Shown: piece by piece, positions 16,973-27,206 of the stretch
Layout of the letters: each line of letters opens with the position of its first letter
Numbering within the stretch: the stretch's first letter is position 1
DNA from: Arenicellales bacterium
Lineage (GTDB): Bacteria > Pseudomonadota > Gammaproteobacteria > Arenicellales > JAJDZL01
NCBI GenBank assembly: GCA_965243305.1
Contig: CBDEUN010000003.1
Coordinates: 768,465-832,464, forward strand
DNA: 64,000 nucleotides
Direction: 5' to 3'
Notes under the pieces: model-generated
The model's input: the letters and a program-made list of their open reading frames with translations, nothing else
Databases searched by the model: none
Told to the model about the DNA's origin: nothing
Translations under genes and position numbers: made by a program

Positions 16973-18889
16973 TCAGACTATTGTCTCGACAACCGAGCTA
17001 TATGCAGCAATCTGTGGTAATGGCTGAAAAACATCTCGATTACCGAGCATGCCACCAATCAGGCAAAGTATGCCCCAAATCAGCAATACAACACCTACAC
17101 CTTTCCAAAAATAACGCCAGCCACCAGCGTCCGCCGGCAACTCTTGAGATGCGCCAAGATAGACGCCAGTGACAATGAATAGTGCGCCCCAAAGCAACAG
17201 AACCGGTACATCCGGTAGGTTGCCTAGTAAATAAATGGCAACGGCCAGCAGTAATACGCCAAATCCCTGTTTTAAACGGTCCATCCATGGACCGGCTTTC
17301 GGCAGTGCGATGCCAACACCAAACCCAATGGCAATGAGTATTGCGCCCATTCCCAAAGCCATGGAAGTCATCATGGCCGCACCAAGATATGGATCGGCTC
17401 TAGCGATTGCAATACCAAGTGCTGAAATCAAAAGCGGAGAAACACAGGCGCTGACAACCAGAGCTGACAAGACTCCCAATACGAAAACTGCACCAACTTT
17501 ACCGCCGCCAATTTTCATGCTACTTTCCTGGATTCGTGATTCCAGAACTGCAGGCATTGTGATCTCATAGAGTCCAAACAGCGACAGCGACATAAGAACA
17601 AATACTGCACTCATAATGCCAATCGCCCACGCATTCTGAAAGTAAGCGTTCAGTTGATCACCGGTTGCACCGGCAACAGCTCCGATGAATGCATAAGCAA
17701 CGACCGTTCCGAATACGTAAATGATCGACAGTGTACCGCCGCGCATTCGACTCTCCCCGCCTTGTCCAATGACGATGGAAGACAGTATTGGAATGAGCGG
17801 TAAAACGCATGGTGTAAATGTCAGAAGCAGCCCGGTACCGAATGCTGAAATGACCAACCACCAAAAACTGAGATCCTGGAAGCTTGAGGATTCGTCAGAG
17901 GACCCGGTTTGCACTATCCCGGTAGACGCACTGGCGCTGTCGATCAAGCTTGGAAGACTAATATTGAAAGTCTTGCTGACCGGCGGATAGCAAATCAGAT
18001 CTTTGGCACAGCCCTGATAGAACGCGGTTAACATCAATTCAGATGCTTCAGGTGTGGCGCGAATAAACGGTAATTCGATCTGAAAGTCCCTGGGGTAGAT
18101 GACAACATCACCAAAATATTCATCCGTGAATGCTTCGCCGGGTGGAAATTTCGGCTCCTGTGGCTGAACGTCTCCAGTAGTTTCGAAGTTCAGTTTGTCT
18201 TGGTAAAGATAGTAGCCTTCAGCAACCTGGACGGATACCAGGAGGCTGGACTCGCTGACCGGGACAACGTCAAATTGAAATGCCTGATCAACTTCAAGCA
18301 GGTCATCCGCGGTCACGCTCGGCAAATCTGATAGCAAATCTGACAGAGAACTGATCCCACCAGCAGACTCAGTTGGTTCGGTTGCGGAAAGTTCCTGTGC
18401 CTGTGCTGTCGATATCAACGCCAACGGATTTGAGACTTCGTATTTTGTGGGTGGATAGCAGATGCCAACGGGTTCATTGCACCCCTGTCCCCAAACCGCC
18501 AGTGAAACACCGGTGACCGGTGTTTCAGCAATCAGAGGAATCTGAACTTCAGCATGATCGGTGTAAATGACAACCTCGCCAAAGAACGGATCGTCTTTCA
18601 CAGTCCCTGGTGATGTAACTAACTCACCTATCTCGACGCCTTCAGTTTGAGACTCAACCGCAAACTTGTCCTCATACATGTAGTAGCCGTCCGCAATCTG
18701 CCAACGGGCGATCAGGACATTGTCCGTCCACTCACCGGTGAACGCAAAAGCTTCCTCTGGTGGCAGCAGTTCTTCATCGCTTTGCGCAAGCACACTGGTT
18801 GAACTGCACAGTAGGAGCATAACTGTCAGTGCACCAGTTATCAGTTTGGCAATAGACTGAATGGTTTTTGCTTTCTGCATGTCAGACAA
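16973..18889 (-). CDS. dsbD: Thiol:disulfide interchange protein DsbD variant (two alpha domains plus the TM beta domain, no gamma domain)
   Basis: 638 aa. There are two tandem DsbD-alpha-like modules (..WQIADGYYMYEDK..GQGCNEPVGICYPP and ..VQVAEGYYLYQDK..YQGCAKDLICYPP), followed by the multi-TM core (FTPCVLPLIPILS ... VSACVSPLL). The protein ends without a thioredoxin fold. Confidence 0.8.
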   Translation of the reverse strand: MSDMQKAKTIQSIAKLITGALTVMLLLCSSTSVLAQSDEELLPPEEAFAFTGEWTDNVLIARWQIADGYYMYEDKFAVESQTEGVEIGELVTSPGTVKDDPFFGEVVIYTDHAEVQIPLIAETPVTGVSLAVWGQGCNEPVGICYPPTKYEVSNPLALISTAQAQELSATEPTESAGGISSLSDLLSDLPSVTADDLLEVDQAFQFDVVPVSESSLLVSVQVAEGYYLYQDKLNFETTGDVQPQEPKFPPGEAFTDEYFGDVVIYPRDFQIELPFIRATPEASELMLTAFYQGCAKDLICYPPVSKTFNISLPSLIDSASASTGIVQTGSSDESSSFQDLSFWWLVISAFGTGLLLTFTPCVLPLIPILSSIVIGQGGESRMRGGTLSIIYVFGTVVAYAFIGAVAGATGDQLNAYFQNAWAIGIMSAVFVLMSLSLFGLYEITMPAVLESRIQESSMKIGGGKVGAVFVLGVLSALVVSACVSPLLISALGIAIARADPYLGAAMMTSMALGMGAILIAIGFGVGIALPKAGPWMDRLKQGFGVLLLAVAIYLLGNLPDVPVLLLWGALFIVTGVYLGASQELPADAGGWRYFWKGVGVVLLIWGILCLIGGMLGNRDVFQPLPQIAAYSSVVETIV

Positions 18890-19020
18890 CTATCGAGTGA
18901 GAGATTAGGGATGCACACCGCGTTCGCATGCGCGGTTACGTATGATTGCGATTTTTATAACAGGTTTCATTTTATTGAACACTTCACTCAATCAACAAAA
19001 ATAAAAAAAGTTGCAAAAAA

Positions 19021-19069
19021 GAATGATAATGGTTATCATTAACGCCGCAATTGATAATAATTATCATTT
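19021..19069 (+). promoter_or_regulatory. Two adjacent Fur boxes upstream of the Fe(III) ABC operon
   Basis: GAATGATAATGGTTATCATT (19021-19040) and AATTGATAATAATTATCATTT (19049-19069), compared with the consensus GATAATGATAATCATTATC. They lie 40-90 nt upstream of the 19109 start. Confidence 0.75.
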
Positions 19070-19108
19070 ACAAAAACAAATCGAACACAAATTGTCGAGA
19101 GTACGGAC

Positions 19109-20149
19109 ATGAAATTTAATTTAAAAACCTTGATTGCTTTCACTGTCGCCGGATTTCTTTTGTCAGCAGGCGGTATTATCGTTAACGCCAGTGATGAGGT
19201 GGTGAATGTCTATTCCGCAAGAAAGGAAGCCTTAGTCCTTCCCATTCTTGAGCGATTCAAAGAAGATACCGGAATTGAGTTTAACCTGGTAACTGGAAAA
19301 GCAGATGAACTTCTGAAACGCATCGAACTCGAAGGTGAAGCAACACCTGCCGATCTATTTATCACCGTAGATGCCGGACGCTTGTATCGAGCAAAGGAAT
19401 CTGGAGTGCTGCAAGCAATTCCAAGCGCTTCAATAGCACTAGCGCCAGAACACCTTCGGGATGCAGACAACCTGTGGGTTGGACTCTCTATGCGTGCGAG
19501 ACCCATTTTTTACGCTTTAGACCGTGTAAATCCAGACGAGCTTAGCACCTACGAACAACTTGCAGATGAAAGTTGGCAAGGTCGTGTATGTATCCGCTCT
19601 TCTTCCAATATTTACAACCAGTCCCTTCTTGCTTCGATGATCGAATCAAACGGTCCTGATATAACCTTGGAATGGGCAACTACATTTGTCAAGAATTTTG
19701 CCAGACCACCGTCTGGCGGAGATACGGATCAAATCAAAGCTGTAGCAGCCGGACTTTGTGATGTGGCAATCGCCAACACATATTACTACGGAAGGCTCGC
19801 GGCCAGCGATAAGGATGCCGATAATGAAGTCGCTGCAAGCGTCGGTGTTTTTTGGCCAAATCAAGGCGATGGTGATCGAGGCACTCATGTAAATGTCAGC
19901 GGTGGTGGGATCGTTAAGCATTCAAAGAATGCTGGTAATGCAGTCCGTTTGATTGAATATCTGCTCACCACCGACTCACAAAGCTGGTATGCCAATGTCA
20001 ACCACGAATACCCAGTTGTTCCCAGTGTACCCGTCTCAAGCGTTCTTGAGGGAATTGGCAGTTTCAGAGCAGACGATGTCAACATGACAGTCCTTGGAAA
20101 GAACAATCGAAAAGCAGTCGAGTTGATGGACAAAGCTGGCTGGAGATGA
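19109..20149 (+). CDS. Fe(3+) ABC transporter periplasmic substrate-binding protein (FbpA/AfuA-like)
   Basis: 346 aa with a signal peptide. VVNVYSARKEALVLPILERFKEDTGIEFNLVTGKADELLKRIELEG...DLFITVDAGRL. Followed by a two-domain permease and an ATPase. Confidence 0.8.
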   Translation: MKFNLKTLIAFTVAGFLLSAGGIIVNASDEVVNVYSARKEALVLPILERFKEDTGIEFNLVTGKADELLKRIELEGEATPADLFITVDAGRLYRAKESGVLQAIPSASIALAPEHLRDADNLWVGLSMRARPIFYALDRVNPDELSTYEQLADESWQGRVCIRSSSNIYNQSLLASMIESNGPDITLEWATTFVKNFARPPSGGDTDQIKAVAAGLCDVAIANTYYYGRLAASDKDADNEVAASVGVFWPNQGDGDRGTHVNVSGGGIVKHSKNAGNAVRLIEYLLTTDSQSWYANVNHEYPVVPSVPVSSVLEGIGSFRADDVNMTVLGKNNRKAVELMDKAGWR

Positions 20150-20253
20150 AACGACGTCACAAGATTATTTCCATACACAATTTCCTTCTCTTGCAAAATT
20201 GCAGACAGCTAAACAGCGTGTACTCCGTTTGACACACAAGGTTTAGTTTATGC

Positions 20254-20298
20254 ACCTCACTTCGGGGCACAACCCGAAGTGAGGTTATTTTTCTTCTC
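20254..20298 (+). terminator. Strong intrinsic terminator/attenuator after the binding-protein gene
   Basis: ACCTCACTTCGGG (20254-20266), loop GCACAA, CCCGAAGTGAGGT (20273-20285), then TATTTTTCTTCT. Confidence 0.7.
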
Positions 20299-20451
20299 GG
20301 ACCGAACAGTAGTCCTTCCTACATTCTTCGCATCTGCCTGAGCAGTCAACCTTTCGGCTCCGGCGCAAAGTTTTCAGAATCACCTGTACCTCAAATTGCT
20401 ACTACTCAACCGCTCCTCAAACATCTGTTAGAATTCCGTTAAATGTTACTT

Positions 20452-22209
20452 CCCTAATCCTCAGTTAGAGACTGCCAGCGGCGGCTAAGGCGAGATTTTC
20501 GGCACTCTGGCGGTTCGAAGCGCCAGGATTTTCCAAACCATCAAGCCACACACCGAAATCGGTGACCATTTTACCCGGCTGAACCCACTGCGAAGCGAAT
20601 CTGGCGGCTCAGCAGCAAATCCGGCGCAAGCCTGTCCCTGACAGTAGACTGACTGCCATGATCTGTAGTGTAAAGCCGTTTCAGAACGAATGAGAAGTCA
20701 GGACAGGCTGCAGCGGCGGATGGCCCAAAGCGACTGTTCCAGGACAGGAAGTTTGGCCGCACTGACTTTCAGGGTCCACTGCCGCGCATGGCGAACCACC
20801 TGTCCGGCCATCGCATACAGTCGGTGACGGAAACTGATCGCCCGCACGCCATACCACTCCTGCGGCAGTTTCATGCGCATCAGCGCAAGCAGATTGAAGG
20901 CAATCGAAGACAGAAGCAGGTACGCGACATTGGCTTTGAACTCGCCGCACGGCAGATGCGCCGCGCTGAAGTCACTGCGAATTTCCTTGAGCCGGTTTTC
21001 CGAGCTGTCCCCTCTCTGGTTGTACCACCATACAATCTCGCCGTCACTGAAGCGGTCCAGGTCCAGATCGGTCGCAATCGCCCGGTAGATGTACCTGCCG
21101 CTGACCGCACTTTGCACATCGACCTGGTGCAGGCCTTCATTTTTGAAAACCATCTTCAGCTGCTCAGTCCCGTCAGGCATCCCAGCGTCGGCCGGCAGCT
21201 TGTCCCGCACCCGTTTTTTCTGCACCACCAGACAGAAAGCCTCAGGCACATCTTCCATCACATGCAGCGTACGGGCCAGATACTCGCCTTCCAATACCGC
21301 ACCGTCGGCATTCACAACCGCATTCCAATCCTCATCCTTAATGTCCAGTACCGTTTTCTTCACCGCACTGTCCATCTTCGCCCGAATCGCAAAACGGATG
21401 CCGTGTGCGCGGCAATCATTGATGATGCCCGCCTGATAGGAGGCGGCATCGGCCCGGAAGCGAGTGACACCCACCCCTTCGGGCAGCGCCGCGCGGCAGC
21501 GCCGGAAAAACTCAACATTCTCAGCCCCAGGCGGCACATTGCCCTCGCGAAGCTCAGCCGCAGCCACCTGACCGGTCTCGGCAATGTGACCGAACATCGG
21601 CATGTACCCGCGATGCTTCTTATACGTCCACTTCGCGTCTTTTTTCTTCGACCGAATCGCCGATGCGTCAATGTCCAAAGTGACGCACTTTCGATCACCC
21701 AGCGTCGCTTTCATCACCGCGCGGTTGACCTGCTCGAGAACCGAGATCATCTGTCGACTGTCGCCGACTCTGTGAAGCCATCCACCCAGCGTCGTGGCAC
21801 AGGGAATCGTCCCAAAACCCAACAGCTTCATCAGCGCCGGTTCACTGCGCAGGTGGCGCACATCGTCGATGCACCCCGCACCTTCGTGGAACATCAGCAT
21901 GAAGGTATTGAAAATGGCGCTGTGCCGGTAGCCTCGATTGCTGCCGGGTGTGGGCATTGACGAATCAATGAGCTGTGACAGCTCAAGGCGCTTGAGCAGT
22001 TCGGCTGGCACCACCAGACCGGCTCTGGAGGTGAAATTGTGGCAGCTTGCCGCAGTGTTGTATGGTAGAATCTTCATAAGCCTTGCGAAATCTGAGAGCC
22101 GTTTCGAATTCACCCATTGGGTGAATGCCGAATTGGGCGTTTTTTTCAATATCTCTCTGATTTTACAGGGCTTTATCATTTTCTGCAACTTTTTATTTGC
22201 GGATCAGGG
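20452..22209 (-). mobile_element. IS1380-family insertion sequence, copy B (1758 bp), between the fbpA-like and permease genes
   Basis: Same ends as copy A. The 5-bp TSD TACTT lies at 20447-20451 and 22210-22214. I found a single difference from copy A (G at 21212 vs A at 11558; transposase R vs W). Confidence 0.9.
20698..22188 (-). CDS. IS1380-family DDE transposase (copy B)
   Basis: 496 aa, identical to copy A except VVQKKRVRD vs VVQKKWVRD. Confidence 0.85.
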   Translation of the reverse strand: MQKMIKPCKIREILKKTPNSAFTQWVNSKRLSDFARLMKILPYNTAASCHNFTSRAGLVVPAELLKRLELSQLIDSSMPTPGSNRGYRHSAIFNTFMLMFHEGAGCIDDVRHLRSEPALMKLLGFGTIPCATTLGGWLHRVGDSRQMISVLEQVNRAVMKATLGDRKCVTLDIDASAIRSKKKDAKWTYKKHRGYMPMFGHIAETGQVAAAELREGNVPPGAENVEFFRRCRAALPEGVGVTRFRADAASYQAGIINDCRAHGIRFAIRAKMDSAVKKTVLDIKDEDWNAVVNADGAVLEGEYLARTLHVMEDVPEAFCLVVQKKRVRDKLPADAGMPDGTEQLKMVFKNEGLHQVDVQSAVSGRYIYRAIATDLDLDRFSDGEIVWWYNQRGDSSENRLKEIRSDFSAAHLPCGEFKANVAYLLLSSIAFNLLALMRMKLPQEWYGVRAISFRHRLYAMAGQVVRHARQWTLKVSAAKLPVLEQSLWAIRRCSLS

Positions 22210-22291
22210 TACTTGCTTCCCATCACGTAAGCATTATCCAATTGATATAACTTGATGTCAGTCACAGCATGGACAGTCCATCATTTGAGCG

Positions 22292-23965
22292 TTGAAACTT
22301 TCACCGCTTCCTGAATATCTATTTATGACACCACTTCGCACCTGGAAATTCAGCGGATTGGGGGTCGCTGCCCCACTAGCCGCCCTCATCGTCATTTCAC
22401 CTCTAATTACAATTGCAGCGTCGATATTTGAAACCGAAAGCAGTGAAATTCTGACTCATTTGTGGGACACCGTTCTCACAGAGTATGTCATTAATTCTTT
22501 ACTGCTGGTGGCGGGTGTCAGCGTGCTGACCCTGGTTCTCGGCGTTCCCGCAGCCTGGTTTACGAGTGTTTGCTCTTTTCCTGGACAACGTGTATTTGTC
22601 TGGATGCTTCTTTTGCCGCTGGCGTTTCCGGCATACATCATCGCATATACCTATACTGGCGTCCTGGACTATGCCGGTCCAGTCTATACATTCCTTCGCG
22701 AAGTTTTAGGTAAGTCTATAGCCGATCAGCTTTACTTCTCTATTCGAACTGTATCTGGCGCAGTATTCATGCTCGGACTTGTGCTCTACCCATATGTGTA
22801 TCTTTTGACACGCGCGGCGTTTTTGGAGCAATCCGTGAGTTTCCTTGAGGTTGGTCGGACACTTGGGTACAGCACCACTCAAGGATTTTTCAGACTGGCC
22901 ATACCTCTGGCTCGCCCGGCAATTATTACTGGATTGTCTCTTGCCTTAATGGAAACACTGGCTGATTACGGGACCGTTGCGTACTTCAGCATCAGCACAT
23001 TCACCACCGGAATTTTTCGCGCTTTTTATGGGTTTGGCGATCTCACTGCAGCAGCACAGTTGTCCACCATTCTGTTGTTGTTTGTCGCTTTGCTGATCTT
23101 CACCGAAAGATACTCGCGTCGACAGGCGAAGTATCACGAAACGGCCGGTCGCAAAACGCATCAGACTCGCATCATCCTGCGCGGTGCAAATGTATTTTGG
23201 GCATGGCTGTTCTGCCTGGTCCCGGTATTGTTTGGCTTCATCATTCCTGCACTCATTCTCACCAAGTGGTCGATTTTTGACGCCGAATGGGATATTCAAT
23301 CTTTCATCAGTCTGAGTTGGCACTCTTTTGAATTGGCGATTCTGGCAGCGCTGATTGCCGTCGCACTTGCAATTTTGTTAAGCTATGCCAGACGCCAGAG
23401 TGAAGCTATTGTGGTTCACGGATTCATCAGTATCGCTGGCTTGGGTTATGCCATTCCAGGTGCAATTATTGCGGTCGGTGTCATTGTCCCGCTAGCATGG
23501 ATGGATCACCGTTTGATTGCACTTTTCAGGAGTGTGTTTGAAGTTGACACTGGATTAATTTTATCGGGTTCGATTTTCGCACTACTGTTTGCGTATACGG
23601 TACGGTTTTTGGCGATCTCATTGAATGCGGTCCAGACTGGACTTGACAAAATTAAACCTAGCATGGATCAAACTGCCCGCTGCCTGGGTTATAGAAAAAT
23701 GGAAGTGCTGGGAAAAGTACACATACCATTGATGCGTGCATCGCTTTTGACGGCGTTTCTGATCGTGTTTGTTGATGTGCTAAAGGAACTGCCCGCCACA
23801 CTGATACTGCGACCCTTTAACTTCAATACTCTGGCAGTCCGAGCTTATGAACTTGCCTCTGATGAAAGACTCTATGATGCAGCCCTCCCATCAATACTGA
23901 TTGTGCTCACCGGCATCATTCCCGTTATACTTTTGAATCGAACAATGACAGCGCGACATAGTTAA
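22292..23965 (+). CDS. Fe(3+) ABC transporter permease (two fused permease domains, FbpB-like)
   Basis: 557 aa, polytopic, with the duplicated binding-protein-dependent transport signature (..LMETLADYGTVAYFS.. and ..VLKELPATLILRPFN..). The track start 22292 is TTG; ATG 22325 (MTPLRTWKF) is an alternative. Confidence 0.8.
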   Translation: MKLSPLPEYLFMTPLRTWKFSGLGVAAPLAALIVISPLITIAASIFETESSEILTHLWDTVLTEYVINSLLLVAGVSVLTLVLGVPAAWFTSVCSFPGQRVFVWMLLLPLAFPAYIIAYTYTGVLDYAGPVYTFLREVLGKSIADQLYFSIRTVSGAVFMLGLVLYPYVYLLTRAAFLEQSVSFLEVGRTLGYSTTQGFFRLAIPLARPAIITGLSLALMETLADYGTVAYFSISTFTTGIFRAFYGFGDLTAAAQLSTILLLFVALLIFTERYSRRQAKYHETAGRKTHQTRIILRGANVFWAWLFCLVPVLFGFIIPALILTKWSIFDAEWDIQSFISLSWHSFELAILAALIAVALAILLSYARRQSEAIVVHGFISIAGLGYAIPGAIIAVGVIVPLAWMDHRLIALFRSVFEVDTGLILSGSIFALLFAYTVRFLAISLNAVQTGLDKIKPSMDQTARCLGYRKMEVLGKVHIPLMRASLLTAFLIVFVDVLKELPATLILRPFNFNTLAVRAYELASDERLYDAALPSILIVLTGIIPVILLNRTMTARHS

Positions 23966-23967
23966 CA

Positions 23968-25080
23968 ATGCCTGAAGCCGTACTCGCAACCGCCGCTAGC
24001 CCGGAAATACAGACACGTCCACCTCTTTTGGACATACAAGATGTTTCTTTCAAGTACAAAGATAAAACTGCTGTGTCCGGTGTCACACTGACACTTGACG
24101 ACGGTGAAATTGGAGCCATTGTCGGCCCAAGTGGCTGTGGAAAATCCACTTTGATGCGCGGAATTGCGGGGTTTGAGACACCAATTCAAGGTAGTATTGC
24201 GATGAATGGTTCGGTGATCTCAACACCTGACGGGGTTGTCGAACCGGAAAACCGCGGAGTCGGTATGGTGTTTCAGGATGTAACGCTCTTCCCGCACCTT
24301 GATGTTGCACAAAACATTAAATTTGGAATTCGTAAATGGCACCCCGATTCTCAACTGCAACGCATCAAAGAACTTCTTGATCTGTTCAATCTTCCAAATT
24401 TTGAAGATCGTCACCCCCACTCCCTGTCCGGTGGTGAACAGCAGCGCATCGCGCTTGCTCGCGCCATGGCACCGAGACCCAAACTGTTACTAATGGACGA
24501 AACATTTTCAAGCCTAGACACCGAGCATCGACAACAACTCGTACCAAAAGTCCGAGAAGTCCTGAAATCGGAGAAAATCAGTGCCATCTTGGTAACTCAC
24601 GATCAGAATGTAGGATTCGCTCTTGCAGATCGCATTGGTGTGATGGAATCAGGTCAACTGCATCAGTGGGATACTCCGTTCAATATCTATCACCAGCCGT
24701 GTAATCGATTCACCGCACGTTTTGTTGGTGAAGGTACACTGATTTCTGCAACAGTACTAAGCGAGAGAAAATTGCGCACCGCATTCGGTACACATTACTT
24801 CGAAAATAACGAGCGTCTGCAGGTCGGCGATCAAGTAGACATCATGCTGCGTCCTGACGATATTCTTCATGACGATGAAAGCGATATTAGAGGCAAAGTA
24901 GAGCACAAGGCATTTCGGGGCTCGCATTTTCTCTATCGTATTCGACTTGCAAGCGAGGAATTGCTCTATTGCCTCGCCGACTCGCACCACAATCACCACA
25001 TTGGAGAGTGGATTGGAATCATTCCAAATATCGAACACATCGTGATTTTTGACAAGAAAAATGGTGAGTATCGCAAGTGA
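23968..25080 (+). CDS. Fe(3+) ABC transporter ATP-binding protein (FbpC-like)
   Basis: 370 aa. Walker A GPSGCGKST, signature LSGGEQQRIALARA, Walker B LLLMDE, and a C-terminal TOBE-like extension. Confidence 0.85.
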   Translation: MPEAVLATAASPEIQTRPPLLDIQDVSFKYKDKTAVSGVTLTLDDGEIGAIVGPSGCGKSTLMRGIAGFETPIQGSIAMNGSVISTPDGVVEPENRGVGMVFQDVTLFPHLDVAQNIKFGIRKWHPDSQLQRIKELLDLFNLPNFEDRHPHSLSGGEQQRIALARAMAPRPKLLLMDETFSSLDTEHRQQLVPKVREVLKSEKISAILVTHDQNVGFALADRIGVMESGQLHQWDTPFNIYHQPCNRFTARFVGEGTLISATVLSERKLRTAFGTHYFENNERLQVGDQVDIMLRPDDILHDDESDIRGKVEHKAFRGSHFLYRIRLASEELLYCLADSHHNHHIGEWIGIIPNIEHIVIFDKKNGEYRK

Positions 25081-25143
25081 TTTGATTTGGTGAAGGTTGA
25101 ATTTGGCCCTACCTACCCCAAATTGTGAATTGAGGAACCTGAT

Positions 25144-25896
25144 TTGAGTGGAACAGTTCAAACGTTCGAACTGCCTGCGCGGGATGGGCAGTTGGTACGT
25201 GGCCTCAGCCGCGACACTGGTTCAGGACCAGTTGGACTCTTCTTACACGGACTTTTGTCGGACGCCGAAGGTGACAAGTCGATCACACTCTGGAATCAAG
25301 CAGAGCAGCATCACCGATCCTGGGTTCGGTTCGATATGCGGGCCCATGGCAGATCTGATGGCACCTTCGATGAGTTCACGATCTCCCGGGCACTCGAAGA
25401 TGTCAAACTCGTATTCAGCCTGTTTCCCGACCGACCAAAGATCCTGGTTGGTTCCAGTATGGGTGGATGGGTCGCTGCACAGCTTGCTACTGAAAAACAG
25501 TTGAACATAGCCGGGGCTGTTTTGATTGCGCCTGCATTTTCATTCATTATGCAGTTGTTCTTTCATGTTGAGCCGCATGAAAGACTACAGTGGACCGAAC
25601 AAGGGCACTGGACATTCAAGAGCGATGAGATGGAAGACGATTTCACCATCTCCTACAATGCAGTAGTCGATTCAAAGCCGTACGATCTATTGGGGAAACG
25701 GGTGAATTACGAATGCCCGATTAGAATTTTGCATGGCAGACTTGATGATGTTGTACCGGCAAAGCAGAGTGTCGAGTTTATGGGGCACATGCCATCCTAT
25801 TCGGATGTAGAACTCCAGATATTACCCAATGCAGATCATCGACTCTCGGGGCATATTGAACACATTACCAACTCAGTCGATGAAATCTGGCCGTAA
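25144..25896 (+). CDS. Alpha/beta-fold hydrolase
   Basis: 250 aa. Nucleophile elbow VGSSMGGWVAA, a distal D and H (NADHRLSGH). TTG start. Confidence 0.6.
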   Translation: MSGTVQTFELPARDGQLVRGLSRDTGSGPVGLFLHGLLSDAEGDKSITLWNQAEQHHRSWVRFDMRAHGRSDGTFDEFTISRALEDVKLVFSLFPDRPKILVGSSMGGWVAAQLATEKQLNIAGAVLIAPAFSFIMQLFFHVEPHERLQWTEQGHWTFKSDEMEDDFTISYNAVVDSKPYDLLGKRVNYECPIRILHGRLDDVVPAKQSVEFMGHMPSYSDVELQILPNADHRLSGHIEHITNSVDEIWP

Positions 25897-25919
25897 ACAT
25901 AACATGAGATATTGAACAA

Positions 25920-26348
25920 ATGAAACCTTTCACGATTATTTTTCTTTGCTTTCTGGTGATTCCAACAGCAGAGATTTACCTTCTGATCCAAATTGGTCAG
26001 TTTATCGGGGCAGGTTGGACGATTTTTGGTGTTGTCGCAACCGCCGTAATTGGCGCCTGGCTGATCAGGATTCAGGGCATACTGACCCTTCACCGGGGTC
26101 TTGAGTCATTACGCAGAAAAGAAGTGCCTGCAATTGAACTGATTGAAGGTCTGTTTCTGCTAATCTGTGCAGCACTTTTAATCACACCTGGATTTGTAAC
26201 CGATTCAATTGGATTTTTGTGCCTGGTGACCCCTGTGCGTCGCGCGTTGGCTGCGATGGTGCTACAGTACGGTATCGCGAACATGAAGAAGAAACAGGGT
26301 GACGAAAGTCAAACGACATTCGAGACCAAATTCAGAGAGATTAAATAA
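25920..26348 (+). CDS. fxsA: FxsA family inner-membrane protein
   Basis: 142 aa. LVIPTAEIYLLIQIGQFIGAGWTIFGVVATAVIGAWLIRIQG...LITPGFVTDSIGFLCLVTPVR matches the UPF0716/FxsA pattern. Confidence 0.7.
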   Translation: MKPFTIIFLCFLVIPTAEIYLLIQIGQFIGAGWTIFGVVATAVIGAWLIRIQGILTLHRGLESLRRKEVPAIELIEGLFLLICAALLITPGFVTDSIGFLCLVTPVRRALAAMVLQYGIANMKKKQGDESQTTFETKFREIK

Positions 26349-26525
26349 CAGACCGTCCGTATCGCAAGTCTGGAAGATGGGTAAACTTCATTTTCCAGAT
26401 GATTTCATACCCGGGTCCACCAATTCATGACTGCAACTCAGCAGGCCAGTTTCGGAATCTGTATGTGCCTGTTCCTGCAATTCAAATGTTCGTCTAGTGG
26501 TTTGGAATTGAACTCCTGTTAATCA

Positions 26526-27206
26526 ATGGTTGAAACGTCTCAAAACGTACTGATTCGTGCTCTGAGTAAGTCCTATCTCGAAGGCGACCACAATCATGTT
26601 GTCCTAAATAATATAAATGCAGAATTCGAAACCGGATTGATGCATGCTGTAACCGGGCGCAGTGGTTCAGGAAAATCAACTCTGCTGAATCTCATCGCTG
26701 GTATCGATTTGCCTGACAGCGGTACAGTTTCCATTGCTGGACACAATGTTTCAGGATTGAACGAAAGACAGCGAACTTTGCTCAGGAGACAAAAAATTGG
26801 AATTGTTTTTCAGTTTTTTAATCTGATTGAATCCTTGACAGTCGCAGAAAACGTCATGCTGCCACTGGAACTAAACGGTGAACCTGATCGTACACTACGA
26901 ACCAATGAAGCACTCGACCGTGTCGAACTTGGTAAGCTCAGCCAAAGATTTCCCGCAGGACTCTCAGGTGGTGAGCAGCAGCGGGTCGCAATCGCACGCG
27001 CGATCGTTCATAAGCCAAGCCTGATTCTGGCTGATGAACCGACTGGCAATCTGGATGATGACTCGGCTCAGCAGGTCATTTCTACACTGGATGAATCGCG
27101 GGGTGAATCGACGGTTATTGTCGTGACGCACAGTATGGAACTGGCTGAAAGATGTGACCGACAGTGGGAGTTGCGATCCGGACAAATTGATATGCGCCAA
27201 TCTTAA
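26526..27206 (+). CDS. ABC transporter ATP-binding protein (LolD/MacB-type)
   Basis: 226 aa. GRSGSGKSTLLN, LSGGEQQRVAIARA, ILADEPTGNLD. Confidence 0.8.
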   Translation: MVETSQNVLIRALSKSYLEGDHNHVVLNNINAEFETGLMHAVTGRSGSGKSTLLNLIAGIDLPDSGTVSIAGHNVSGLNERQRTLLRRQKIGIVFQFFNLIESLTVAENVMLPLELNGEPDRTLRTNEALDRVELGKLSQRFPAGLSGGEQQRVAIARAIVHKPSLILADEPTGNLDDDSAQQVISTLDESRGESTVIVVTHSMELAERCDRQWELRSGQIDMRQS

